The notes under the pieces are model-generated. The model saw only the letters and a program-made list of their open reading frames with translations, was not told where the DNA came from and did no database searches. The translations under genes were made by a program, and so were the position numbers. DNA of 64,000 nucleotides from Sminthopsis crassicaudata (taxonomy: Eukaryota): the NCBI RefSeq assembly GCF_048593235.1, contig NC_133617.1, positions 376,654,067 to 376,718,066 on the forward strand, in the 5' to 3' direction. Numbering within the stretch: position 1 is the stretch's first letter; each line of letters opens with the position of its first letter. Below, piece by piece: positions 39,713-51,669 of the stretch.

Positions 39713-41159
39713 GTTAGGCTCACAGGCTTAGACTAGAGTATGCCATCCAATCATTTTTCTTCCTAGAACCTTCTTTGCTCCGAATCTTGGAGATGTGGTC
39801 TAGAACAAATTGGGTGCTAGAGGAATCTGGCTTAAAGTGAAAAAGACTGGGTTCTTGAAAAAAACAAAAACTAAAACTAATTGAGTATTTACACCCCCAC
39901 ACTGGTACTCTGGGAATAAAATATTTAAAGCTCCAATATGGGTTTATGTCTAGGATCACCCCAAAGGGAGGGAGGAGAGTGTTACCTATGTCCAATATGA
40001 ATTAATTATGGAACAGTTATTTATTTCCTGTATGGAAACGATAAAACACAAAAAGATTCCTAATGAAAGGTGAACACCAAACAGAATTCGATAATTTAAT
40101 TATGATTGCAATCGTTGCCAGTAGACTGACAAGTAAACCTCCATGGAACCTAAAGTGGTTGTGAAAATTGCTGAATAAGCATGGTCATATTTTGCATTGA
40201 CTTTGTATCATCTAAGCAATTTTTAGTTAATATCCTGCCTATGGTAATCTTCATTGAAGATATATCCCTTTCTTTCTACCAGCTTTATCCAAGAGATATC
40301 TGGATTTTTGAACACACAAATTCAATGGCAAGTTTGGACATCTTGAATTTAAATACTTGGTCACTTGCTCAGAAAAGGAAATGCAAAGTAGAAAAGGCAG
40401 CTGGCCCTAAGTTCAAGCTTAGCTAAGAACCTCCCATGTTTAGCTACGATGTGAGATTTATGTCATGATCTTTCTCCTCTTGCGGGAAGTCTCTGTGTTA
40501 ACAGATGCCATGTGGATGATAGAAGGAAGTAGGTTTGCTGTAACCCCATCCTCATGCTGTTGTCAAGAAACAAGAAGAGGCCCTATGGACCAATCAGGAC
40601 TTGCCACATCATGAAAAAAAAAAAGTTCATATAACAAATAATTTAACATATCTCTTTCAAGGGGCATACCATATTCCATAGGAAGATAGGGTAGGTACAC
40701 ATAAGAAATGGAATAGGAGTACCCCTAGAGGAATCAAAGCCTTTCCTCAGCTCAAAATGTCAGTGTTTTCCCCTCAACTACCTGTCCATTGTTCATTCTC
40801 AAAAAAAAGAAAAAAAAAGTCAGAGAATGGTTTTAGGAGAGAAAAAAAAAAAGAAGGCTGGATTTCTTCCAGGATTTCATCTCAGGAGTGTTAAGTCAAG
40901 TTAGTCAAGATAATTCCTGAATGTAACCCTTCAATTAAAGGAAGAAGTACTCATGATCTACATCTTTTTTGTACTCATGAGAAACCTAGTAAGAGGTTTT
41001 TTATCACATAACTGCCACATAAATCAGTCCAGTGGTCCACAGGCCTCAAAACTAAAAATCTCTGACACCTTTTCATTGCTGTGCTCATAGATATATGGCA
41101 TGGACCATTAGTTTAAGTGCAGCAGGGCTCCTGGAATGTCTGGGGAGCAACTACAGCAT

Positions 41160-41240
41160 CGGGGTGAGTATTATGCAAATGCACTAACACCCGGCCCTCC
41201 CTTGGCTGCTAAATTTCAAACAATGAAACAGATGCTTTCT
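41160..41240. promoter_or_regulatory. Enhancer-like motif cluster (octamer + SOX + E-box)
   Basis: ATGCAAAT 41173-41180, AACAATG 41219-41225 and CAGATG about 41229-41234, in non-repetitive, GC-elevated sequence. Confidence 0.4.
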
Positions 41241-42322
41241 TCCCACTATTCTCTCATCAAATTCCTGACCCCAAGAAATATGGCAGGTAGACAGGCGTGA
41301 CTTTATTGACTGGGCTGAAGCATCATAGAGCGATGATGACACTTCTGCTCTTTATCAAGCTCTTGACAACTGACTATGCTTGCAAATGGGAGAAGAGAAT
41401 GTTAGTATGACCCTCTCTCCTTTTCACCATCCCTCCCTCCCCACCTTCAGCAGTAGGAGGAAAAGTCATTAATATTCCTGTTAACATTCCACTTTGGCAT
41501 TCAAGGGGCCCTTGTTATTAGCATAATCAAGAACTCAAGGCTGATGGCTTAGGTTGTTTGTTTCTTTGCTCCCCGCTTATTTACTGCTAACAGGAACACT
41601 TCTGGATGTGGTTGGTATGTCACCATACTAAGAGCTGTTCTTCAGCTTAGAAAAGCCATTTGTTGATGAAACACTAATTGTAAAATAGTTACCTTAGAGA
41701 ACCCCAATGTAATTACATTAAGTTTGATTGCATATCATTAATTATATAAAATATTTAAATTGTTCTGTTGAATTGTGCAGCACTAGTTGCTGTACATTTT
41801 GTTGGTGTGTAGAGCAGATGTGCATGAAGAGTTTGGATGTCATCCAGAAGTTAGTGAATTGTAACTGTTTGGATAAACAGAGTCTGATTCACACTATCTA
41901 TTGAAAAACAATGGCTCCATATTTTCAGAAATACAGCAAAATTAAATGGTGGGATGAAAGTTACTTATTTTTAGGCAATATTTTGATATTTGCAGCTTAT
42001 ATAAAATTTAACTTAATTAGCCATTTTAAAAAAATATTTAAAAATTCAAGTTTCCCCCTAAAGCAATATCAATCATTCATTGAGTGCTTATAGGCTAAAT
42101 TCTACATTATGACATCCTTGCCAGTCATTGGGGTTATTTGAATTATCAAGGAGTCATATCATAGAACAAAATGTTGGATCATAGTCTTCCAAATGTTATT
42201 TTAATCTATTTCCCTTATGGTTTCAAGTGGGGACCTTTCTCACACTTTTTAACTTTTTTCTTTGTTTTTGATAGTTGACTCTGGATTTAATTGGCATAAA
42301 GAATATAACTGGTGAGGGAACA

Positions 42323-42324
<2 letters not shown>

Positions 42325-42365
<41 letters not shown>
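42325..42365. repeat. Poly(T) tract inside a degenerate SINE
   Basis: About 41 consecutive T. Confidence 0.95.
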
Positions 42366-43689
42366 CCAGCACAAATCAGTATTTTGTCTGAAATTTAATA
42401 TCTTAAGAGATTAGCCAGGGTTACCAAGAAAGTGTGTCAGAAGCAGGACTTAAATTCTGGATCTTTTAATTCTGAGGCATGCTCTCTATCTACTATTCCA
42501 CATTGCTTCTTTTCTAACCCACACATGTCACATAGGCAATAAGTAAGTCGAAGAAAAAGTCACATTTCTTTAAAAAGCAATTAGATTTTTTTTTTTCCTC
42601 TTCTGAAACTATTCTCAAGGCTAGGGAGAGTAGGAAGATTAGACATTTAAGATTCATTGAAATATTAGTATGGTTCATTTAGTTAGCCATTGTATTTTTC
42701 TTTTATGTTTGTATGTATGGTGAATTGGGCTGGGAAAGAAGCTTTTTCCATAAAAAAGAGAGTTGCAGAAGAATTTATTTATGATATGAAAGTTATGTAA
42801 CAAATAAACAACTATAAATGAGATTTTCTATCTGTCCAATAGTTTAGTATGTTGTTCAAAAACATAAAGAAAAATTAACTTCTTGTGACTATATTCAGAT
42901 AGAGATATTTATTGAGATACATCTACATGTTAAGATATAGTTCATAAATATTGATATATGCATATCCATAGATATATATATATATACATATATATCTCAA
43001 AAGTTATAGATAATTGTATCTATATTCATTTATTTATCTATCTATAATTGCTCCAGTGAATTAGACTGAAGTTGCATTGATTCCACAAATTAATGCAATT
43101 AACATTGATTATTCATTTACTATGGGCAAGATACTGGGCTATCTGCTGGTAAATATGATGATATTCAAAATATTCTCTGTCTTCACAAACTCATCTTCCA
43201 CTTATAATAGCATAATATAATATATTATTATATAATAATATAAATGAATAAACATAAAATAATTTGAAGAAAGAGAGGGCATTATTTAGGGTATTAATGG
43301 AAAAACTCTCAAAGAAGGAAGCATTTCAGATGAATCTTACAGGAAGCTAAGATTTTTCATAAGGGTGAGAGTTTGGGTTGGAAATGCAAAGACTTGAGAC
43401 AGGGAGACCAAGTGGCTATTGCAACAGTCAAGAGTAATGTTAAAGAGGGTTATAGTAAATGATACTTGATAAAATTAAGGTGACAAATTTAAGAGATGTT
43501 TTGAAGATAGAAGAATAGAAAAGTAGAATTTGTTGGACAGTTAGATTGGCTTTGGATAAGCAAAATAGTAGATTCTTTGTACTTAGAAAGATAGATATGA
43601 TATCTCTTCATTGTTTATAAATGGGGGAAAAATGGCCATATATGATTTCTAGCTATGTGTGATACCTTTAAAACATAACTACATGAAGT

Positions 43690-43818
43690 CAGCTAGATGA
43701 GTCATTAGATAGAGTGTAGACACTGAAATCAGAAGAACCTGAGTTCAAATCCAACCTTAGACACTTAATACTTCTTAGCTGTGCTATCCTGGGCAAGTCA
43801 TTTAATTTTTCCCTAAAG

Positions 43819-43848
<30 letters not shown>
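43690..43848 (+). mobile_element. WSINE1-like SINE with long poly(A), inserted in an L1 fragment
   Basis: gaacctgagttcaaatccaaccttagacacttaatacttcttagctgtg...gggcaagtca, followed by an A-tail. Confidence 0.85.
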
Positions 43849-43851
<3 letters not shown>

Positions 43852-44290
43852 CCATGTCTTAGGATATAAAAACCTTGAAAACAAATGCAGAAAGGCAAAA
43901 AAAAATTAAACATAAAATTTACTCTATACAGCATAATAAAGTTATATTCAAAAAAGGATCTTTGAAAAAAAGATTAAAATTAAATTGAATTCTAAATAGG
44001 AATGTTTTAGAATTGGTCAAAGAAGAAATTATAAAAAGGCAATAGATAATTTCATCAAAGAAATTTTTAAAAATGAAATACTACACCAAAATTTTGAAAT
44101 GTAGACAAAGTAGTCCTTAGGAGGAAAATGTATATATCTAAAATTTCTCATTAACAAAAATGGAACAGAAAAAAATCATTGGATATACAACTGAAAGAAT
44201 CCCTAGAAAAACAAATAAAAACCCTACCAAGAAACTAGAAAGACTAAAAATCAAAGAAGCTATGAGCAAAATTAAAATTAGCAAAAATAA
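43849..44290 (+). mobile_element. Decayed L1 ORF2 fragment (end of endonuclease region)
   Basis: accatgtcttaggatataaa (HVLG-like) and aaattttgaaatgtagacaaagtagtccttaggaggaaaatgtatat resemble L1 ORF2. Confidence 0.65.
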
Positions 44291-45800
44291 ATAAATAAAT
44301 AAATAAATTGATAGGATTTTAGACTAAAATGATTTCATATATACATTAATGGTTTTCTAGTTTATCAGTCAATTATTCTATGGAGATGGATACCTTATTG
44401 TAGTGTTGTCTAAGAATATTTCCATATAAACTGAATTTTATAGATAATGAATCCAAAAACTATCATTTTATAATTCAAAACTATCATGTTTGCAATTATA
44501 GCTAACATTCATATATACTTTTTAGTTTGTGAAGCACTTTACAAATTTTTTCTCATTCTGTCCTAACAAAGTCATTGTAGAAATTATCCCTATTAATTAA
44601 TTTCTCAAGAGTATCATAGCTAGTAAATATGTAAGTTAAAATTTGAACTCAGGTCTTCCTGACTTCACATCTGGAAATCTCAATTTTTAGATATGAATCT
44701 ATATGAAATATATCAGAAAATATTCCATTTTATAAAAAGAAAGGTGCTGAGCCCTACTGAAACTTAATTTAGAGTCCTCTTTTTTTGTAACTGACTCTAA
44801 TGTTGGTTTTTGAGGTTTTTTAATTGATTTCTATGTCAAAATTTCAGCCATAATTTGTTCATTTAAACCATGTAGGTTTCTAGTAGCCTTCATATGCAAC
44901 TGAAAGAATCTCTATCCTAAATCTTATATTTCATAGGTTAGCTGTCCTTCTATCCCTTGAAAACAAGTTTAAGAATTCTGTCATAAATAGATTCCTTAGG
45001 GCTCTGAAGGGCCTACAGAGTCCAGTCCACGGTTTAGTATAAAGGCTTTATGACAACATCTTGGAGTGTCCGGAGTCTTTTCCCTAGGATTAGAGTTATT
45101 TCCTGTAGGGCTCTCAATTACTTTTGGATAAATAGATATGTAATGACATTTTCTCTAAGATATACAAAATGCTTTGTAATTGGACTTAATTTGGATACCT
45201 ATATAAAAAGTTATACTGGAGATTTTATCCTGAGTACAATGATCCAACAAGGACATGGATCTGTCATGAATAAAGGCAAAAGTTAACAAATGGAAAATCT
45301 CTGTGCTACACTGGTACCCACAAAGTATTAAAAGACCCAGAGAAAAGAAGGACCTTAGTACTTTGGGGTAGATTTTCAATGGAAGACTTATGAGGGAAGA
45401 GTATAAAAATCACATAAGATGAGAAAGCTTGGATAGATAGATGTTGCTCTGTGCTGGAGGATAAAATATACAAATCAGTGAGATCCAAAAGCCACTAATG
45501 CATTTAAATTATATAAATTGGACTTTTATATTAAAAACTCATTACTATCTGAGTAGTAATTTCTGCTAATGAATATAGTTCATTGTGATGATATACTTCT
45601 CTGATAAGAACTAAATGGGAAGAACTCCCTCACACAGACATACACATATACACATAAAATTGAGGATAGAAGTTATATTCCATGATGGCTATATAATGTA
45701 GTGAAAAAAGTACTTGACCAGGAATTTGGAGATCAGGACAAGGATTTCAGCTTTACCAGTTAGTTAAGCTATCTTCCTTACCTACCTAGGCAGTTTCCTA

Positions 45801-45902
45801 ATTAGTATAGTGGAAATTTGAGGCATAATTTCTAAGGCATTGTTCAAAAAATTATTTGAACAATGCCTTAGAAATTATGCCTCAAATTTCCACTATACTA
45901 AT
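45801..45902. repeat. Perfect inverted repeat, 48-bp arms, 6-nt loop
   Basis: Arm 45801-45848 is the exact reverse complement of 45855-45902. The loop is aaatta. Confidence 0.97.
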
Positions 45903-46734
45903 CATATAATACAATAAAACTGTTAATTGTGGTAGAAAATAACTTTTGTCTTTGAGGGAGTGGAAGCACATTGAGGAGTAAGTAGGGGATTAAGATTAGG
46001 TCTGGGAGAGGAAAGCAAATTAACTTGGTTTCCTAATTTGGAATATGAAGGATTTGGGCTAGATGAAGCTGAAACTAGAATCAGAAAGACCTAGGTTCAT
46101 GTAGCCCTAGACTATTAAAAGCTATTTGACACCAGGAAATTCACTTAACACCACATTCCTCAATTTCGTCATTTATATCATCAACTGCTTCCCACTGTTG
46201 TTTTGAGAATAGAATGTGATAAAATTTGCAAAGAGTTTTGCAAACCTTAAAAGCATTGCAAATACTAGCTATTTTCTTCTAATTCTAATTCTTTTTCTGT
46301 TCCTCTCTTCCTCCTCCTCTTTCTTTTCCTTTTCACATATTGTCTCTAAGATCATTTTCAGCCTTAATATGCTAAAGCTCTAATATGCCAGTGCTCAAGT
46401 GTGGTAGATATCTATGTTGAAGCAGACTCCAAATATGGGATGAATACAGGGTACTATACTTCCTGACAGAATTCACTAGTTCAAAATCCACCCAGAAGAT
46501 CAAGAGACCATAGGTGCCAGAATTATGGATGGATCTGTTGTAATGCTACACAAGAACTTAGAACTCATCTAGTCGAATTCATTAATTTTATAGAAGTGGA
46601 CAGAGTGGTGGAGAGCTAGAATGGTGACACACATAGTCAATTATTGGGAAACTCAGGAATCAAATCATGTCAGCCTAGGATTTCATGTTCTTGATTCTTC
46701 ACTCACCACCTAAGCCTGACTCAGTGCTAACTTT

Positions 46735-47655
46735 CTTTTGCCTCCCATGTCCAATTTGTTACTAAGATATGTCGATTTTACATTCATAATATCTCTTGTA
46801 TACATGCCCTTCTCTCTTTTGATATTTCTACTACCTCAGTACAGGCCCTCATCACCTCATGCCCAGATAAAACAATAGCTTTCTCCTTTGTCATCTTGCT
46901 ACAAGTCTCTCTTCAGTCCAGTACATGATCCACTCAACTATCAAATTGCTTTTCCTAAACTACATTTTGACCATGCCATCCCCTACTCATTAAACCTCAG
47001 TGGCTCCCAATTGCCACTAATATCAAATTATCAAAATATCAAATATAAAATCTTCTTTTTGGCATTCAGTGCTTAACATAGCTAGGCTCCTCCTTACTTT
47101 CTGGTCCTCGTTCACCTTGTACTCTTCCATGTATGCTGTGATCCAGGGATGATAGGCTCTTTGGTGGTTTTCACACTCCATCTTCCAGTTCCAGACTTTT
47201 CATCTGCTTTCCCCTAATTCTGGAATTCTCTCTCTCCTCCTCCTCTACTTCATGGCTTACCAAACCCAAGCTAAAATCCCATTTTCTATGGAGAATCTTT
47301 CCTTATCCCTCTTAATTCTACTGTCTTTCTTCTCTTTATTATTTTTAATTTATCTTGTATAAAATGTTTTCACATAGTTCTTATGGATTGCTTCCCTCGT
47401 TGGTCAATTCTCTTTCTCAAAGTGATCTGTCTTTTTGTGTCACCAGTACTTAATATAGCCTAGCAGGGGTTCTCAAATAACGGCCCACTGAGGACGTTTA
47501 TTCGGCTGCAGGGTTATGGCAAATGGGCTGAGGGGTGGAGACAGAGTGTGAGTTTTTTATTTTACTATAGTCCGGCCCTACAACAGTCTGAGGGGCAGTG
47601 AAAAAGTTTGAGGGCCACTGGTAGAGCATAGTATGTTTATTAACTGATTGGTTGG
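46735..47655 (+). mobile_element. LINE-2 3' region
   Basis: caggccctcatcacctcatgcccagat...aaacctcagtggctcccaattgcc...ttttgtgtcaccagtacttaat. Interrupted near its 3' end by a hAT element. Confidence 0.75.
47464..47620 (+). mobile_element. Internally deleted non-autonomous hAT transposon, OC1 (OposCharlie1)-like
   Basis: TIRs caggggttctcaaa / tttgagggccactg. The internal tttttactatagtccggccctacaacagtctgagg matches my recall of dasyurid OC1 non-autonomous elements. Retains CpGs. Confidence 0.7.
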
Positions 47656-49060
47656 CTATGACCACTATCCTAGGCCACCTTTATTGGATCAAAGGATGTT
47701 TTCTGTATTTTGCCCTTAACCAAGATTCCACAAAAGGACTAAATCATATTTGCTATTAGGGACAGCCAAGTATACCACATGTAATTTCAGAAATTCCTTT
47801 GCCCTTGTCACTCCTCCTTTCCCTCAGTCTCTTTACTTATTTGGTGAATGTTATTTGCTTAACAAATTGGACAGGAAAAAAAAAAATCTTGGAATCCAAA
47901 AGTCTTTTTGAGATTATGTTTTAGTATGAGTGAATTTCAGTTGCCCTGTCACCGATCAACAAGTATAAGTACCTGGCACAAAAGCTTGACAGAGACATTG
48001 GAAGAATGAGTAAAGAGAGAGAGCAGGAGGATTTGGGATGAAAGTTGTCATTATCAGTATAGAAAAGAAGATTGGGAATACACCAACTTTGGTGACTTAA
48101 TATTTTGTCAAAGGTCACCCTGTTTTACTTTTACCTGGTGAAATATAAATTAAACTTGTTCACCAAAGCATATTTTTGCTAGAAAGCTGATAGCACAAGG
48201 ATTTCTGTTTGGCATCATTTATGAAGAGTTTTTTCAGTTTCTTTTTCTTTTTAAACATGACTGAATTATAAAGGGAGCTTTGTTCCTAGGGGCTTCATTA
48301 ATTGAGGCATCACTGTGCTTCTAAGGCAAAGCTAATGCAAACTCATTTGAACAGTACAAGCATTATTGGACAAGTATGTTGCATTAATCTGGTGTGGGAA
48401 TATAAAGCTTCAGAAGAAACTACAAGTGCTTAAAAAGAACAACTTCTGAATGGTGTCAAAACAATATAATATCTCCAATCCTAGATGATGTGCAATTATT
48501 CATCCCTCGCCTGACCTGGCTGGCCAACCGTGGTGAAGACTGATTTTTTAGGGGGCATGTTCTTTAATTTCCTTACTTGATGTAGGATTCTTGGCAAGGT
48601 TTTTGCACTCTTTACTATCAATCCCAGAATTTTTATCACTGAATGAGATATTAGATGCCATTGAGGCATACTGCATTTAACCAACCAGGAAGCTGAGGAC
48701 CAAAGGGTTTACTATTGGAACCAAGACTAAGACACATGTTTTCTGACTTCTTCCTTACTGATTTGTGGTCACTTTTGTTATTTATATAATATTGGAACTA
48801 AAAGAGTGATGTGCTATAATATAACATATTTTATAAAGTATTACATCTGAAAACTAAAATGTGTTACATTCTTATGAATCTATAAACTCATATAATCTAC
48901 TCATTGCAAACTTCAGAAAACAGCAGAAAATATTTTAATAACATTAGAATGCCTGGATTAAAACTTACTTGAGACATTGAATCTACCCACTACAAGAAAA
49001 AAAGTTAAAATACTACAATTCTGAGTTCTGTGAACAAGAATTCTGATGTTTTTACTGCCA

Positions 49061-49282
49061 GGGTGGCTAGGAGGCACAATGGATAGAATGCTAGGCTTAG
49101 ATTCAGGAAGACATCTTTCTGAGTTCAAAGCTAACCTCAGACACCCCGTTTACTCCAGTTTCCTTATCTATTAAATGAGATGAATAGCATGAAAAAGAAA
49201 AATACTCCAGTATCTTTGCCAAGAAATTAAATGGAGTCATTAAGAGTTGGAATTAACTGAAAATAACTAAACAACAACAATA
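49061..49282 (+). mobile_element. MAR1-type SINE
   Basis: gggtggctaggaggcacaatggatagaatgc...actccagtatctttgccaagaa...(CAA)n tail. Confidence 0.8.
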
Positions 49283-49428
49283 ATAACTTATTGTCATTTA
49301 TCATTAGAATTAGAAGAGCTATTGGAGATAATTTAATTCAGACTCTTCATTTTATGATTGAGGAAGTTGAGATGCAGAAAATAAAACACTTTCTTGAGGT
49401 CACCAAAGCTGTAAGAACCAGGTCTTTT

Positions 49429-49762
49429 TATTTTATTTTATTTTTTATTATAGCTTTTTATTTACAAGATATTTGCATGGGTAATTTTTCAGCATTGACA
49501 ATTGCAAAACCTTTTGTTCCGACTTTTCCCCTCCTTCCCCCACTTCTTCCTCCAGATGACAGGTTGACCAATACATGTTAAATATGTTAAAGTATAAGTT
49601 AAATACAATCTATGTACACATGTCCAAACAGTTATTTTGCTGTACAAGAAAAATCAGACTTTGAAACAGTGTACAATTAGCCTGTGAAGGAAATAAAAAA
49701 TGCAGGTGGACAAAAATAGAGGGATTGGGAATTCTATATAGTGGTTCATAGTCATCTCTCAG
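49429..49762 (-). mobile_element. 5'-truncated young L1 3' UTR with TSD
   Basis: T-rich tail followed by a devil-type L1 3' UTR. Flanks aagaaccaggtctttt (49413-49428) and aagaactgggtctttt (49763-49778) have 2 mismatches. Confidence 0.85.
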
Positions 49763-50534
49763 AAGAACTGGGTCTTTTAAATACAATTCTACTACTATTT
49801 TCATTGTACAAAACTGTTCTAAACCTTTCATTTATATAGGTTAAGAAACTGAGGCCCAGTAAAATAACTTGCCCAAAGTTACAGGATTATCTACTTTATT
49901 TAAAAAATCTTGGTCTATTACATGGAAAATGATAGTTGCTGGAATGTATTAAACAATTTTAACAGTTAACACCATTATTTTATACTCACAAAACTTTCCC
50001 TTGAGATTGATACTGTGGATATTATATTTTACAAATAAGGAAACAGAGGCTCAGAAAAGTTAAATTACTTTCTCATGGTTATGAAACTTAAAAGTAATTC
50101 AGTTAAGTATTTAAACACAACATATTCCTTACTCTTCCACACTCCCCTCATAGCTTGCTTTTACTGAATGAAGAGAAGTCAATGAGTTTATAATCACTGT
50201 TGTATCTTCTGATTAAGTTATCATTCTTAAACAGAAAATGCATTAATATACAGCCAATATTTTCTAACATCACTGTCCAATTAAGGGTTAATTTCTCTTA
50301 CACAACTCAATACCAATGCCAATATTATGACTGTTTGTATAACAATATTATATCAATTGATATAATCTCAGAGGCCCAGATTGTGTATTTTCTAATTTTA
50401 TATTCAGATGAGTTTTCTGATTACTATTGAATACATTGTCAATACCCTTAGCATTTTGCTTTTAATCTAAATAATTAAAAAAAATTACAGTGAATGAATG
50501 AATGAGTAAATGAATAATGAATGAATGAATTTCT

Positions 50535-50837
50535 TTTTTTAGAGTTATATAAAATTATTCTTTTTTTCTTTTTTTTATAATTTTTTTTCACAGTATATAT
50601 GCATGAGTAATTTTTTTTATATAATATTATCCCTTGTATTCATTTTTCCAAATTATTCCCCCCTCCCTCTACTCCCTCCCCCCAATGACAGGCAATCCCA
50701 TACATTTTACATGTGTTACAATATAACCTAGATACAATATATGTGTGTAAATCCAATTTTCTTGTTGCACATTTAAGTATTAGATTCCGAAGGTATAAGT
50801 AACCTGGGTAGATAGACAGTAGTGCTAACAGTTTACA
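50535..50837 (-). mobile_element. 5'-truncated young L1 3' UTR with 16-bp TSD
   Basis: Identical gaatgaatgaatttct at 50519-50534 and 50838-50853, with a T-rich tail. Confidence 0.85.
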
Positions 50838-51657
50838 GAATGAATGAATTTCTATGGTGGTTATATAGCACTTTTCCTTTGTTACACATCTATTACTTTC
50901 ATAGAACCTTGAAATGGAAGAAATATTCAATGTCATCCAGTCTAATCTCTCACCCTATATAAGATTCCTTTCTATAGAATGAAGCATGACACAGTAAAGA
51001 GAATAGCAGTCTTAGAATCATAAAAAAATTTAGATTCAATCCTGTCTCAGACACTCACTTGTTGTGTAACTGAGCCTGTTTTTCTTTATATATAGACAGA
51101 GTGATAATCATAGCATCCAAAGAACAGGGTTAGCATGAGGATCAAATGAGTTAATACTTGTAAAGCATTTTTCATCCCTTCACATGTTATGTATTTGTTA
51201 GCTATTAGTTTACAACTTCCTTAACAAGTACTCCTTCAGGCAGATCACTATCTCATATAGAAGTTTGCTCTCTTGTTGAACAGCTCTAATTATTAGGAAT
51301 TTCTTTACATTATCCAGAAATTCACCTTCCTCTGGTTTCTACCCATTTGACCTGGTTATTCCCACCATTGAAACTGCCACAAGTTTCTCCCCTGTTTGTG
51401 TCTCTGGGTTGTCAGGGCTAGGTCTTGGCAGGAGGCGACATTTGCATCTTGGCCCTTGAGGAAGAGTGGGGGTGTCAGAACTCATCTTAGAAATCCCCTC
51501 CCTTCCTTTGACAGTTGTGGCAAATACACACAATTTATCCCTGACAGCTTTAGAAACAATATCCATTAATTTATTCACTGCTTCTCCTCGGATAATTGGG
51601 ACCCAGACATGCATGTTCTGCATAAGCGCCCATGGCTTTAGGACACCTTAGGCTTAC

Positions 51658-51669
51658 CAACTGCTGCTC
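51658..51669 (-). CDS. Candidate 12-nt frame-preserving neural microexon (GAGCAGCAGTTG; GAAV in phase 1, EQQL in phase 0)
   Basis: Minus strand: ctgCTCACcctacTGCctcttcttcCAG|GAGCAGCAGTTG|GTAAGC. Branch A at -22, UGC at -15..-13, and TGCATG about 44 nt downstream (51608-51613). Host gene not identified. Confidence 0.5.

Noticed and set aside
42325-42369. Poly(T)+CCAG, a strong-looking + strand acceptor
   Set aside because: It is a homopolymer expansion within a degenerate SINE, with no matching donor or ORF.
51339-51623. 94-aa minus-strand ORF (MQNMHVWVPIIRGEAVNKL...)
   Set aside because: No recognisable homology or flanking splice sites. It is better explained as the intronic flank downstream of the microexon donor.
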